Assembly (NCBI GenBank): GCA_964508365.1
Contig: CAZDTP010000011.1
Coordinates: 1 to 64,000 of the forward strand
Source: an uncultured archaeon
GTDB lineage: Archaea; Asgardarchaeota; Lokiarchaeia; Sigyniarchaeales; SOKP01
Length of the DNA stretch: 64,000 nucleotides
Direction of reading: 5' to 3'
Each line of letters starts with the position of its first letter. Position 1 is the first letter of the stretch. Under the pieces are notes generated by a model, which was not told the DNA's origin, did no database searches, and saw only the letters and a program-made list of their open reading frames with translations. Made by a program: the position numbers and the translations under genes. Of this stretch, positions 9,073-19,458 are shown piece after piece.

Positions 9073-11355
9073 TTAAAATACCTTCAACTCTAGCTCTTTT
9101 AATTTATCGTACTCATTAAAGATTGCATCAATTTCTTTAAGGATTTCCGTAAGAATATCTTTTGTTCTTCGATCTTGGCCGAAAGTATCCACAATTACAT
9201 CATAAAGATTAACATGGTATTCATATGTCAAGTCTGAGATTTTTCTTAAATCCTTTTCCGTTATCCCCTTCTCTTCCAATTTTTTCAAAACTCCTTCAAT
9301 CTCGTTTTTTAAATTATTCGTTGCTGCTAATGAATTAGATGTTTTTTCTAGTAGCTCCTGCTCTCTTTCATTTACAAATTTATCTTCTTCTGATAATTCG
9401 GCGGTTTCAGTTATGATTTCCAAACGTTCATTCAATAAATTTCTAACTCTATAGTAAATTTTTATAGCATCCTGTATTTTTCCTTTACTCTTAATCAGAT
9501 CATTATTCCTTAATAATCGAGCTTCAATTATTTTCAAATATGCGTCTTCATATAAAATTTGAAGGTCCCCAAAAGTGCTTCTCTCTCCTTCAGATATTTT
9601 TAAAATGATCTGTCTTAAATCTTCGTTAAGCATATCAATTTCTTTTGCAGATAAATCCTCGACATTAAGAATTTTGAATATTTGATTCGTCATGGATTTT
9701 ATTGAGTTTGCTTTAACATTTAATTTACGAGCCCTTTTCTCGATTTCGGTTATACTCCTATATTCTCCTTCTTTTTCGCAGGAATCGAATATTATTATTG
9801 CTTCATTAAGTAACTTATTAAACTTCGATTGATTTGTTAGTATGTAATATTTTGCATCTTGAACTTTTTGGGTAGCTCTGTCCATTTGTATTTCTAATTC
9901 GAAGATATAATCTATTAAATTTACTTGTTTCCTTTCAGAGAGAATTTTTGATTTATCATTCATATCTTTCTCTACTGATCTACCTGCTAGATACCATAAT
10001 AAAGCTGAAGGTACCCAGAGAAATACTGCAAAAATCATCATGTTGATTACACTTCCAAAAAAAGATATTAATGTAAATGATAGCAATAGTGTAATTCCTT
10101 TGCCTACTTGTTCTGCGAGACTAAAAAAGGATGTAGATGTTCCCTTATGTTCGGGTAGATTTACGTCAACCATTACAGCGTTCTTGTTTGAAACCCAACC
10201 AGTACTTAACACTGCTCCAATAAAACCAAAAATAAAATAATAAATATAACTTGGAGAAACTTTAAAAATCTCTATAATTGTCAAAATTATATATGATACC
10301 ATTTCTCCGGGAGGGATTGGAATTGGATAACTTAAATTAGTAACCACTTCACTGCTAATAGGCTGTATAGAAAATATCATTAAAAGAACGAATGGAATAC
10401 TGAATGCCATACAAGCTGTTGCTAATCGAGTTCGGTTTTTTTTGTTTTTTCGAAATAAAATATCTCCTACGAAGGACATGATTGCATTTCCCAATAAATA
10501 GCCTACCCCTAAAAGACCTGCAAATATCGCAGCCGTTTGAAGCCTAATTTCGTTAGGTAATACAGTGAAATAATGAGTTGAAAGCATAGAAGTCATAAAG
10601 TAAACGAAAAGCGTTCCAGGGATTATTGCGAAAAAGCCTTGTATGATTAAATATTTATTAGTCTTCTTTTTTATTATAAGGGATAAATCTTTTTTGGAGA
10701 TTTTATAACTATATTCTAAATTCAAATCAACCATATCTAATAACTCATTCTCGCTGGCTCCGCGTTGGGGTATTTTAACAAAAAATAATATAACAACAAT
10801 TCCAGTGCTGATTCCAGATAATAAAAAAAAAGGAAATCTCCAACCCAATACCGGGCCTATAAAGGAAGACAATCCCTGACCGACTCCATTAGATATTGAA
10901 CTTAGGACTGCAAGCGTCCCAAACCAACCAGATCTTTCATCAGGTGGGATAGCATCTGAAATTATGGAGTAACCTACAGGTATAACACAACCTAACCCGA
11001 TTCCACTAGCCATTCTTGAGATCAATAGAATTACGAAATTAGTGGAAAATCCCGTTAATATCATACCAAATGTCCAAGAGAACGCACCAGCGATAATTAC
11101 TTTTGTTCTATCAATTCTATCAGTGTAATATCCCCAGATTAAAGCGAAAGTAGCACTCGTTAACAAGAAGAAAGAATCTGGAATCGCTATTAATGCTTCA
11201 GGGATGTTAAATTCTATTCGAATTACTCCATAACTCGGAATTAACATATTTGCGCATGCTATTGACACAAATAATAACAGCATGACTAAAATGATTGGAG
11301 TTAAATCCTTTACTTTTACTCTTGTAAGTTTAAAGCGTCGTATAGTAAAAACCAA
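9073..11355 (-). CDS. MFS transporter fused to a long C-terminal soluble helical domain
   Basis: MFS motif A (WGYYTDRIDRT) and ISDAIPPDERS, with about 12 TM helices. These are followed by roughly 290 charged, helical residues. TTG start. Confidence 0.85.
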   Translation of the reverse strand: MVFTIRRFKLTRVKVKDLTPIILVMLLLFVSIACANMLIPSYGVIRIEFNIPEALIAIPDSFFLLTSATFALIWGYYTDRIDRTKVIIAGAFSWTFGMILTGFSTNFVILLISRMASGIGLGCVIPVGYSIISDAIPPDERSGWFGTLAVLSSISNGVGQGLSSFIGPVLGWRFPFFLLSGISTGIVVILFFVKIPQRGASENELLDMVDLNLEYSYKISKKDLSLIIKKKTNKYLIIQGFFAIIPGTLFVYFMTSMLSTHYFTVLPNEIRLQTAAIFAGLLGVGYLLGNAIMSFVGDILFRKNKKNRTRLATACMAFSIPFVLLMIFSIQPISSEVVTNLSYPIPIPPGEMVSYIILTIIEIFKVSPSYIYYFIFGFIGAVLSTGWVSNKNAVMVDVNLPEHKGTSTSFFSLAEQVGKGITLLLSFTLISFFGSVINMMIFAVFLWVPSALLWYLAGRSVEKDMNDKSKILSERKQVNLIDYIFELEIQMDRATQKVQDAKYYILTNQSKFNKLLNEAIIIFDSCEKEGEYRSITEIEKRARKLNVKANSIKSMTNQIFKILNVEDLSAKEIDMLNEDLRQIILKISEGERSTFGDLQILYEDAYLKIIEARLLRNNDLIKSKGKIQDAIKIYYRVRNLLNERLEIITETAELSEEDKFVNEREQELLEKTSNSLAATNNLKNEIEGVLKKLEEKGITEKDLRKISDLTYEYHVNLYDVIVDTFGQDRRTKDILTEILKEIDAIFNEYDKLKELELKVF

Positions 11356-11465
11356 TAAATCATTATTACCTTAAATATAAAATAGCGTTAGGGATTTAAA
11401 AAAGCTTTCAGAGGTAAAATATTAACCAAAAAAAGACCTCGAAAAAAAAATATATTATGAGAATT

Positions 11466-12146
11466 TTATTTCATCGCATATTTTAATGTTTTTTCTACAT
11501 GTATTTCTATAGTATCAAGTAATTTAGTGTTAGAATCATTTTTGTGAAGTATCAGCGGTAGTTCAGTACACCCTAAAATTACGCCATCTACTTTATAATT
11601 ATGGATAATATTCAACAACTTCTGTTTACTCTCGTTTTCAAATTTCCCAATAACTAATTCGTCAAAAATGATTTTATCGATCAAATCTTGTTCGAAATCC
11701 ACAGGAGTTATCACTTGCATATTAGAGTTTTCGAAGATTCGTTGGTAAAAAGAAGATTGCATTGTAAATTTAATACCAAGTAATAGGAGTTTATTTAATC
11801 TCATTTCTAGTGCTTTTTCTGCCGTAGCCTCGACTATACTTAGTATTGGCAAATTTGCTTTTTGAATTAAATCATCGTAAACTGCGTGGGGGGAATTTGC
11901 TGCCATGATTATGAAATCAGCCCCTCCATTTTGTAAAGAATTAATACCACTCATTAAATATTCTACATATTTTGGTTTATCATTACCTAATTCATAATCG
12001 ATAACTTTTTGAAAATTTAGACTATATATTAGAATTTCTGGGTAGTTGTAATCATTATATTCATCAAAATATTTTTGAAGGAGTAAATCGTAATATCTTA
12101 TTGTTGATTCGTATGACATGCCACCTAAAATACCAATTATCTTCAT
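11466..12146 (-). CDS. Aspartate/glutamate racemase-family protein
   Basis: IGILGGMSYEST and ILGCTELP motifs. The likely start is the ATG at 12146, 1 nt after the def stop. The first catalytic Cys position reads AANSPH. Confidence 0.85.
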   Translation of the reverse strand: MKIIGILGGMSYESTIRYYDLLLQKYFDEYNDYNYPEILIYSLNFQKVIDYELGNDKPKYVEYLMSGINSLQNGGADFIIMAANSPHAVYDDLIQKANLPILSIVEATAEKALEMRLNKLLLLGIKFTMQSSFYQRIFENSNMQVITPVDFEQDLIDKIIFDELVIGKFENESKQKLLNIIHNYKVDGVILGCTELPLILHKNDSNTKLLDTIEIHVEKTLKYAMK

Positions 12147-12147
12147 T

Positions 12148-12654
12148 TTACTTAAACCTCTTCTCCCATTCATGTCTCATTACGATTTGTTTTGAATTTT
12201 TTAAGTGATCAGTAGCTAATATTCCATTTAGGTGATCAATTTCATGTTGAATCAGTTCAGAAAAATCATCACTAAATGTTTCCACTATAGTAGTTCCCTC
12301 TTTATCCAAATATTTTACCTTTATTTCTTTAAATCTTTCAATTTTAATAAAGAAAGCAAGATTAAAACAAAAGCAACTATCCCATACTTTGATAGTCTCT
12401 CTACTTTTTGACATAATCTTAGGATTCGCCATAACAAATGAGCGATCAGGCAAGTTAAAAAAGAGAATGCCTTTCATCCAACCAATCTGTGGAGCAGCTA
12501 TAGCTCTACCAATCTTTCTTGTTTTTTGTAGATAGAGTAAAGTATCCTTTAAATCCTCTAAATTTGCTTCGTACTCATCATTATACAGCTTTAATTCAGT
12601 TGATTTTACTCTTAATTGTGGATTCCCTAGTAGTAATATTTCTCTTCGTGGCAT
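12148..12654 (-). CDS. def: Peptide deformylase-like protein
   Basis: Motif 1 GRAIAAPQIG, motif 2 variant DSCFC, motif 3 HEIDHLNG. Confidence 0.85.
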   Translation of the reverse strand: MPRREILLLGNPQLRVKSTELKLYNDEYEANLEDLKDTLLYLQKTRKIGRAIAAPQIGWMKGILFFNLPDRSFVMANPKIMSKSRETIKVWDSCFCFNLAFFIKIERFKEIKVKYLDKEGTTIVETFSDDFSELIQHEIDHLNGILATDHLKNSKQIVMRHEWEKRFK

Positions 12655-12737
12655 ATTAATTTCAAATACAATAATTATTAATAATTTTCAGATCGCATTT
12701 ATTTAATTTATAGCACCATAGTATCATAAATTTTTGA

Positions 12738-12759
12738 TCGTGAAATCCCGATTTCACGA
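12738..12759. promoter_or_regulatory. Perfect inverted repeat (possible operator or hairpin)
   Basis: TCGTGAAATC-CC-GATTTCACGA has 10-bp perfect arms. It lies between the tRNA 3' end and the def start. Confidence 0.5.
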
Positions 12760-12803
12760 AAAACTTTCTTTATTATTTAAAACTCTTTTAAAGCATAAAA
12801 AAG

Positions 12804-12905
12804 TGGAGCTGGGGGGAATTGAACCCCCGGCCTTTCGCATGCCAAGCGAACGATCTTTAGAGCAAAACTACTTTTGTTAGTTTCGATCCACTAATCCACA
12901 GCCCC
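12804..12905 (-). tRNA. tRNA-Ala(GGC) with a 29-nt non-canonical D-loop intron (12856-12884)
   Basis: Acceptor stem GGGGCTG/CAGCTCC with G3:U70. Anticodon arm TTCGC-TTGGCAT-GCGAA. T arm GGGGG-TTCAATT-CCCCC. Removing 12856-12884 leaves a 73-nt cloverleaf. CCA is not encoded. Confidence 0.92.
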
Positions 12906-13041
12906 TTATGAATGCTTACTTAAATCTGTAATTTTCAGACATATTAAAGATTATTAGCTGTAGATTTAAAAATAATGTATTTCTAAAAAAAATTATGGTT
13001 TTTTAACTATTAAAGTTAGAAATAAATAACTAATTTAATTC

Positions 13042-16000
13042 TTGAAGATTATGAAAAATCTTTGGAGCAAAACTAATTTTATACTGATTAGTCTTTTGTT
13101 AATCAGTTCCGTAGTTAGCCCTGTATTGGGTACTGGTATAATTTTTAATGAAAATCATTCTTATTTTTATCATTTAGAATCGAACACTAATGAATTATCT
13201 ATTTCCGATTTTAACCGAGCAACCAATCATGTAGATGATTCAAATCCTCTTAAAAATAACCAAGATATTATCTTTGATGATCTATTAATTAAAGAATTAG
13301 CAACGCAGGAGCAGAATGGGGTTACCGAAATAAAAACTATAATGCTTTTTGAGGAAACAACTTCAAAATCGGAAAGAATCGAATTCATAGATAATGTGCT
13401 CGAAGAATATGTAATTTTAGATAATTACGATATCATTCCGGCTGTTTATCTTAAATGTCAACCAAGTGAATTAAGTTCCAAATTAGAAACATTAGAATCT
13501 TTTAACATCTTAAAGAAGGTTTACAAATCCCGGAATTATCTTTTTCCTTATTTTCAAGATGAATTTCCTAGTTCTAGTGCCCTAAACACGGATTTTTATC
13601 CTAATTGGTGGTTACCTGCAATAGGTGCCGAAAACTTAGCGTATAATGGTACTGGAGTAAGAGTTGCAGTCATCGATACGGGAATCTATGAACATCCTGA
13701 CTTAAATATAACAGCAAATAGAAATTTCGTTTCAGACGAGAGTGTACTAGATTATGATGATTTAGTCGGTCATGGAACTCATGTCGCGGGAATCATTGGA
13801 GGAAACGGTAGTGGCTCAGGAGGAAAGTACAAAGGAGTTGCTCCAGGAGTCTCGTTAATAAATGCTAAAGCGGGAGATGCTACTGGATTAGAAGAAGGAG
13901 ATGTTATTAGTGCTATTGAATGGAGTGTTAACACTGCTAACGCTGATATTATCTCAATGAGTTTTGGAGATAATTATCCTATTGCCAGTGATCCAATGAT
14001 ACTAGCGCTTGCAAATGTTACCGAAAATGGGGTAATTACTGTGTCTTCTGCAGGTAATTCTGGTCCAGAATACTTTTCGGGAGGCTCCCCAGCATCAGGT
14101 ATTGATGTTATCTCTGTAGGAGCTACAGATAGCAATAATGATTTAGCCTCTTTTAGTAGTTGGGGTCCAACTTTATCTTACTTAGGTTATCTTGATGTTG
14201 TTGCCCCGGGAGTAAATATAATAGCAACAGAGGCTCCAGATTCGATAATTTCTGACAGAAATCGATTTCTTGGAGGATATTTCGATTTTTCAGGTGATGC
14301 AGATTATATTCCTCTAAGTGGAACGAGTATGTCATGTCCTATTGTCGCGGGTGCGTTAGCTATTATGAAACAAGCGTATCCATCGATCTCACCTGAAACC
14401 GCAAGAATTGCGCTATTAGAGGGGGCTCAAGATATATCTAACGCTGATAATTCTGAATTCATGAAATCTGGGTTCGGGCTTATTAACATTACCGCATCTC
14501 TTGAGTATTTAGATTATTTAAATACAACCTATTCAAATATCAATAACATTGCCAAACTCTCTCCTGACGAGTTACCTATAGAACCTTTCGATTTAATCAA
14601 TTTTCCAGGAGATATACAAGAATTTAATTTAACGGTAATATCTGGCACTAATAATACTTTAAATGTTAATTACTCGAATTATGTTGATGGGATTTCTTTA
14701 TCTTTAGATAAATCTCAGATAATTTTTAACAACGCGGGAGTTCAATTCGTTACATTCAGAGTAGAAATAAATACAAACGCTACACCTGGCTTACGAACAT
14801 TAGAATTAAACATTACATCTGGTATGAGGGCATACGATACAATTATGATATCAATAGATATACGTTTCCCTGAGCATAAAATTTTAATGGAATCTTACCA
14901 TGGATTGAACGATTGGTTCCCTGAACTTTCGTTTTACCAAATGGATTCATACAAATGGATGAAAGATCTCTCAAACCTGAACATCTCTATAGATTATTTG
15001 GCAGAATTTTGGACTCCTAATTATGATAGCGACTTGGAAAACTCTATTTTGACTCAAGAACGATTGGCTCAGTACGATTTGGTAGTATTACAAAATCCAA
15101 TTTTACCTTATAGTCCATTGGAATTTGTAAATTTGAAAAATTATTTTGAGAGTGGCGGAAATTTGCTATTTTTAGGGACGCGATATCAAGACTTATGCGT
15201 TGAGAATATAAATGATTTATTCTCGTATATTGATATAGGAATAACTATTAATGAGGAGAATGTAGCCAATGAAGAATGGATCGGAGTTGGAGCTACAGTT
15301 TCTACTCAGTCCATAACATCCTTTAATAATTCTTTGATTTTTCAAGATGTAAGTAAATTTTCATGGGAATATGGAAGTACTTTAAGTCTTATGGGGAATG
15401 CAGAAGTACTTGCTTCAACAGGGGATAAAACCATCGCTGCTGCATACGATCATAATCCGTTTGGAGGAGGTCGTTTTGTAGCATTTGGAGATCTTCATTG
15501 GACTACAGATCTTTACGATTCACCAATGTATAAACAAGATCATTCAAGCCTAACACGAAATCTAATGGATTATTTCTTTGAAAGCGAAAATGTCTCTATA
15601 GAAATTATTTTAAATTCTGAAAACACTCCAGCTTCTCAAATAAACCTCTCGCTCTATGTAAAAAACCAAAACTTAGATGCTCCTGTTAGTTCCATAGTAC
15701 TAAATTCTTATCTTAACGTATCCCTACAAAACGACAGCTATTTTAAATCGATTAAAATGATTTCAAGTTCAGATGGCATCGCGATCAATCACTCTATTAC
15801 TTTACCTTCTCCAAATACAGAACCTTATATTATTAATGTAAATATAACAATTGGTTCACAAACTTACAAGAAATCGTCTAAAATCTTATATTATGATAAT
15901 AATATGGTCCCCCAGATAACAAACATAATAACAACCACAGATCTTGAAAGAAATGGTATTGATTCGCTAAATATTGACGTTACTCTCGATGGTATTACTT

Positions 16001-17004
16001 ACAATGCAACTGCTTATTTATCGTTGTACCCCTTAACATATTACACTGAAAAAGGAACCATTAACAAAACTTTCCCTTTATCAAACGTACCATATCCTTT
16101 TGAATATTCTTATGTTTACACCCCAACCTCTACGGATGTGCCTGGTTTTGCTATTTTTTATATCGTACCTTTCAACCCGGGTTCCAATTATTACAATCCG
16201 CATTCTCCAAGACTTGTATCGTTAATCAACAATAACTCCCCTGAATTTATAGAAGAAAGTTCCACAATCTTAATAGATAATTCTCAATCAATTGCCTTTG
16301 ATGAAACTCACGATGAGGATAGTTTAAATGTGTATACAATATCGCAAGGATCCCGTCTTGACTTTCGAATAAATATAACGGATTCCGTTTCATATGAAGA
16401 CCAAGATAGTTCTGAGATGAGGGTTTCCGTAAACTTTTTTATCGCATCTATCTCAGAAGATAATACAATAGTTCCTATTAATCCTAGAACCTACATCTTT
16501 TCTGAGATGACTTACGAATCGAGTTCGGGCACTCATACTGGTAGTTTTGTAATTCCTTACACGATGGAATTTTCCACTATAACTGGGACTAAGCAATTAT
16601 CTACTGCTTCTCAATATGATACTAGCTCTCAAGATGGGTATTTAGCATTCTTATTAGTAACAGCTTTCGATAGCGAAGGAGAATCTGAAGATTTCATAAT
16701 AGTTGTGTTAATACAAGCATCGCTCCAATTAGACTTATTGTTAGTGATAATCATTATAGGTGTGGTTGTTGTATTTGCCCTAATACTGGGAGTTTCAATG
16801 TATCTTAGAAAAAAGAAAAGGAAATCTTATCTATCAACACCTTCTGAGAGTTATTATGAGCATCATTATGATGATGGCTCATCACTAGATTCTTACGATT
16901 ATACTCCGGGAATTGTTTCCTATTGTCCTTATTGTGGTTATAACTTAACTACTCAACAAAAGTTTTGTCCCAGTTGCGGTAAATCTTTAACATTTCACGA
17001 CTAG
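13042..17004 (+). CDS. Large membrane-anchored subtilisin-like (S8) serine protease with cytoplasmic double zinc ribbon
   Basis: N-terminal hydrophobic signal segment. Catalytic triad motifs VAVIDTG, GHGTHVAG and GTSMSCP. Long extracellular region, a C-terminal TM helix plus RKKKRK, and a CPYCG...CPSCG tail. Confidence 0.9.
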   Translation: MKIMKNLWSKTNFILISLLLISSVVSPVLGTGIIFNENHSYFYHLESNTNELSISDFNRATNHVDDSNPLKNNQDIIFDDLLIKELATQEQNGVTEIKTIMLFEETTSKSERIEFIDNVLEEYVILDNYDIIPAVYLKCQPSELSSKLETLESFNILKKVYKSRNYLFPYFQDEFPSSSALNTDFYPNWWLPAIGAENLAYNGTGVRVAVIDTGIYEHPDLNITANRNFVSDESVLDYDDLVGHGTHVAGIIGGNGSGSGGKYKGVAPGVSLINAKAGDATGLEEGDVISAIEWSVNTANADIISMSFGDNYPIASDPMILALANVTENGVITVSSAGNSGPEYFSGGSPASGIDVISVGATDSNNDLASFSSWGPTLSYLGYLDVVAPGVNIIATEAPDSIISDRNRFLGGYFDFSGDADYIPLSGTSMSCPIVAGALAIMKQAYPSISPETARIALLEGAQDISNADNSEFMKSGFGLINITASLEYLDYLNTTYSNINNIAKLSPDELPIEPFDLINFPGDIQEFNLTVISGTNNTLNVNYSNYVDGISLSLDKSQIIFNNAGVQFVTFRVEINTNATPGLRTLELNITSGMRAYDTIMISIDIRFPEHKILMESYHGLNDWFPELSFYQMDSYKWMKDLSNLNISIDYLAEFWTPNYDSDLENSILTQERLAQYDLVVLQNPILPYSPLEFVNLKNYFESGGNLLFLGTRYQDLCVENINDLFSYIDIGITINEENVANEEWIGVGATVSTQSITSFNNSLIFQDVSKFSWEYGSTLSLMGNAEVLASTGDKTIAAAYDHNPFGGGRFVAFGDLHWTTDLYDSPMYKQDHSSLTRNLMDYFFESENVSIEIILNSENTPASQINLSLYVKNQNLDAPVSSIVLNSYLNVSLQNDSYFKSIKMISSSDGIAINHSITLPSPNTEPYIINVNITIGSQTYKKSSKILYYDNNMVPQITNIITTTDLERNGIDSLNIDVTLDGITYNATAYLSLYPLTYYTEKGTINKTFPLSNVPYPFEYSYVYTPTSTDVPGFAIFYIVPFNPGSNYYNPHSPRLVSLINNNSPEFIEESSTILIDNSQSIAFDETHDEDSLNVYTISQGSRLDFRINITDSVSYEDQDSSEMRVSVNFFIASISEDNTIVPINPRTYIFSEMTYESSSGTHTGSFVIPYTMEFSTITGTKQLSTASQYDTSSQDGYLAFLLVTAFDSEGESEDFIIVVLIQASLQLDLLLVIIIIGVVVVFALILGVSMYLRKKKRKSYLSTPSESYYEHHYDDGSSLDSYDYTPGIVSYCPYCGYNLTTQQKFCPSCGKSLTFHD

Positions 17005-17148
17005 TTTAGTTTTTTTTTATTATGCTATAGGAAATGGTATTCATGTTTATATTGATTTATCATCCTCGCGTATTCCTATATAGATAACACACCAATTAGT
17101 AGAATGTCCATTAAAAAGATTCATTAATGGTAAAAAAAATATATCACT

Positions 17149-18792
17149 ATGGATTACTTTCTTGGTTTGGATTGTTCAACACAGAGCTTCTCCGGTATTC
17201 TCATAGATTTCCAAGAAAAAAAAACGCTATTTTCACATAGCATTAATTTTGATGTAAGTTTACCTCAATACGGTACTCAACATGGAGTTTATACTTCTAA
17301 TGACGGTAAAGTTGTTCATTCTAACCCTTTAATGTGGGTAGAAGCATTGGAGTTATTATTTGCTATTTTTTTGCAGGAAGACTTACCGTTGAATGATATA
17401 AAACTAATAACTGGATCGGGTCAGCAACATGGAACCGTTTACCTAAACAAATCTTTTGAACCAACCGTGAAGAATTTAAATAATGAAAAATCTTTAGTAA
17501 GTCAAATCAAGGGAACATTTTCAAGAGAGACTAGTCCAGTCTGGATGGATTCTAGCACCACTAAAGAGTGTGAAGAAATCCGAAATCAGCTCGGGGGTTT
17601 AAAGTCTACAATACAAATAACAGGATCAAACACATTTGAAAGGTTTTCTGGACCTCAAATTAGGAAATTTTATAAAGATAATCACGATAATTACGTGCAA
17701 ACTTCAGTAATTCATCTCGTAAGCTCTTTTCTTTCATCAGTTTTACTGGGAAAAAACTCTCCAATTGACCATTCAGATGGAGCAGGGATGAATTTAATGA
17801 ATATTAAAACTAAAGAATGGGATAATAGAGCTTTAGACTCCACCGCTCCAGATTTAAAGAAAAAATTACCCCCATTAACAAATCCCTATAGTATTATTGG
17901 CAAAATAGCCCCCTTTTTTGTTGATCGTTATGGATTTTCTTCAGAAACACTCCTTATTCCATGGTCAGGGGATAATCCTAGTAGCTTAATTGGAGTAGGT
18001 CTTACAGAAAAAGGAAAAGCAGCGATCAGTTTAGGTACTAGTGATACTTTCTTTAGTTATTTAAAAGACCTATTCGTCGATTTAAGCGGTGAGGGTCATG
18101 TTTTCGGAGCTCCCACTGGGGATTATATGGGATTAATTTGCTATAAAAATGGTTCTCTTGCAAGAGAGAAAGTTAAAGATAGTTTTAACCTTAATTGGAC
18201 TGACTTTTCAAACATTTTAGCGAAAACACCCCCTGGAAATTACGGTAAAATTATGCTTCCTTATTTTTTCCCTGAAATCGTACCTCTTGTTTCAAAGCCT
18301 AAAGTTCACCGATTCGGTTTCGATGAAAATGATTTGGAAGGGAATGTTAGAGCAGTTATTGAAGCACAATTTCTTTCGATGAAAATACATTCTGAATGGA
18401 CTCAAGAACCCCCAGAAGAAATATACGCCACTGGGGGCGCATCAACAAATTTAGAAATTTTAAAAATAGTAGCAAATATATTTAACACTAAAGTACGCCA
18501 ATTTGAAGCAACTAATTCAGCAGCACTAGGTGCAGCTCTTCGTAGCGCTAAGTCTTACTACAACTTGAAAAATCAAATTTTTGATTGGACGGAGTTAGTA
18601 GAGGGTTTTTTAAAAATAGAAGAGAGTATCATAATTCACCCTGACAAAAAGTATGAGCTATTATATAACGATATGCTTACTATTTATCAAAAATACGAAG
18701 ATTACATTTTAAGGAACGGAAAAGATCCAGAATTATCTCGACAAAACTTTATTAAGAAATACTTCAAAAACCAAAGAGACAATCAGAGTTAA
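17149..18792 (+). CDS. xylB: Xylulokinase (FGGY family), eukaryote-type subgroup
   Basis: [53 protein letters not shown] and YKNGSLARE motifs. Confidence 0.88.
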   Translation: MDYFLGLDCSTQSFSGILIDFQEKKTLFSHSINFDVSLPQYGTQHGVYTSNDGKVVHSNPLMWVEALELLFAIFLQEDLPLNDIKLITGSGQQHGTVYLNKSFEPTVKNLNNEKSLVSQIKGTFSRETSPVWMDSSTTKECEEIRNQLGGLKSTIQITGSNTFERFSGPQIRKFYKDNHDNYVQTSVIHLVSSFLSSVLLGKNSPIDHSDGAGMNLMNIKTKEWDNRALDSTAPDLKKKLPPLTNPYSIIGKIAPFFVDRYGFSSETLLIPWSGDNPSSLIGVGLTEKGKAAISLGTSDTFFSYLKDLFVDLSGEGHVFGAPTGDYMGLICYKNGSLAREKVKDSFNLNWTDFSNILAKTPPGNYGKIMLPYFFPEIVPLVSKPKVHRFGFDENDLEGNVRAVIEAQFLSMKIHSEWTQEPPEEIYATGGASTNLEILKIVANIFNTKVRQFEATNSAALGAALRSAKSYYNLKNQIFDWTELVEGFLKIEESIIIHPDKKYELLYNDMLTIYQKYEDYILRNGKDPELSRQNFIKKYFKNQRDNQS

Positions 18793-19412
18793 CTAGAATA
18801 TTTTAATGATTCTATAACTTTATTTGGATCTTTCGCGTTTAAAATTGTACTTGTGCTACTTATAATATCAACATTTAATTCTGGAGCATTTTTAAGGTTA
18901 ATTCCTCCATCGATATCTATAAGAAAGTTATATTTCTTTTTATATTCTCTAAGGTGATTAACTTTTTCGATGGAATTAGGAATAAATTTTTGACCAGAAC
19001 CACCTGGTTTGACTGACATTACTAAGACTAAATCAATTGATCCTAAGTAAGACAGAATCTCTGCTATATCTGTATCAGGATTGATTGCTATACCTACTTT
19101 TTTGTTCTTCTTTTTCACTTTTCTAATTATCGCATCTATATCCCCCTCAACCTCTTTATGAAAGGTAAAAATATCGACAAAATCAATGATTTGTTCTATG
19201 AATTCAGAAGGGTTGATAACCATCATATGAGCTATGATCGGTAAGTCATACTTCTCATGCAAAATTCGGAAAACTTCTAAATTAAGATTTTGAAAAGATG
19301 TAAATTCTCCATCTGACACATCTACGTGTATATAATCAAGTCCTTTCAACTTTGTAATGACATCTGTGTTAAAATCATCAGTTGCATGTATTGAAACTGC
19401 TACTTTTTTCAT
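18789..19412 (-). CDS. rpe: Ribulose-phosphate 3-epimerase
   Basis: [23 protein letters not shown] and IDGGIN motifs. Confidence 0.92.
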   Translation of the reverse strand: MKKVAVSIHATDDFNTDVITKLKGLDYIHVDVSDGEFTSFQNLNLEVFRILHEKYDLPIIAHMMVINPSEFIEQIIDFVDIFTFHKEVEGDIDAIIRKVKKKNKKVGIAINPDTDIAEILSYLGSIDLVLVMSVKPGGSGQKFIPNSIEKVNHLREYKKKYNFLIDIDGGINLKNAPELNVDIISSTSTILNAKDPNKVIESLKYSS

Positions 19413-19458
19413 AGTTACTACAGATAGTATTTATTAAAAAAATGAATGTTCATTAAAA

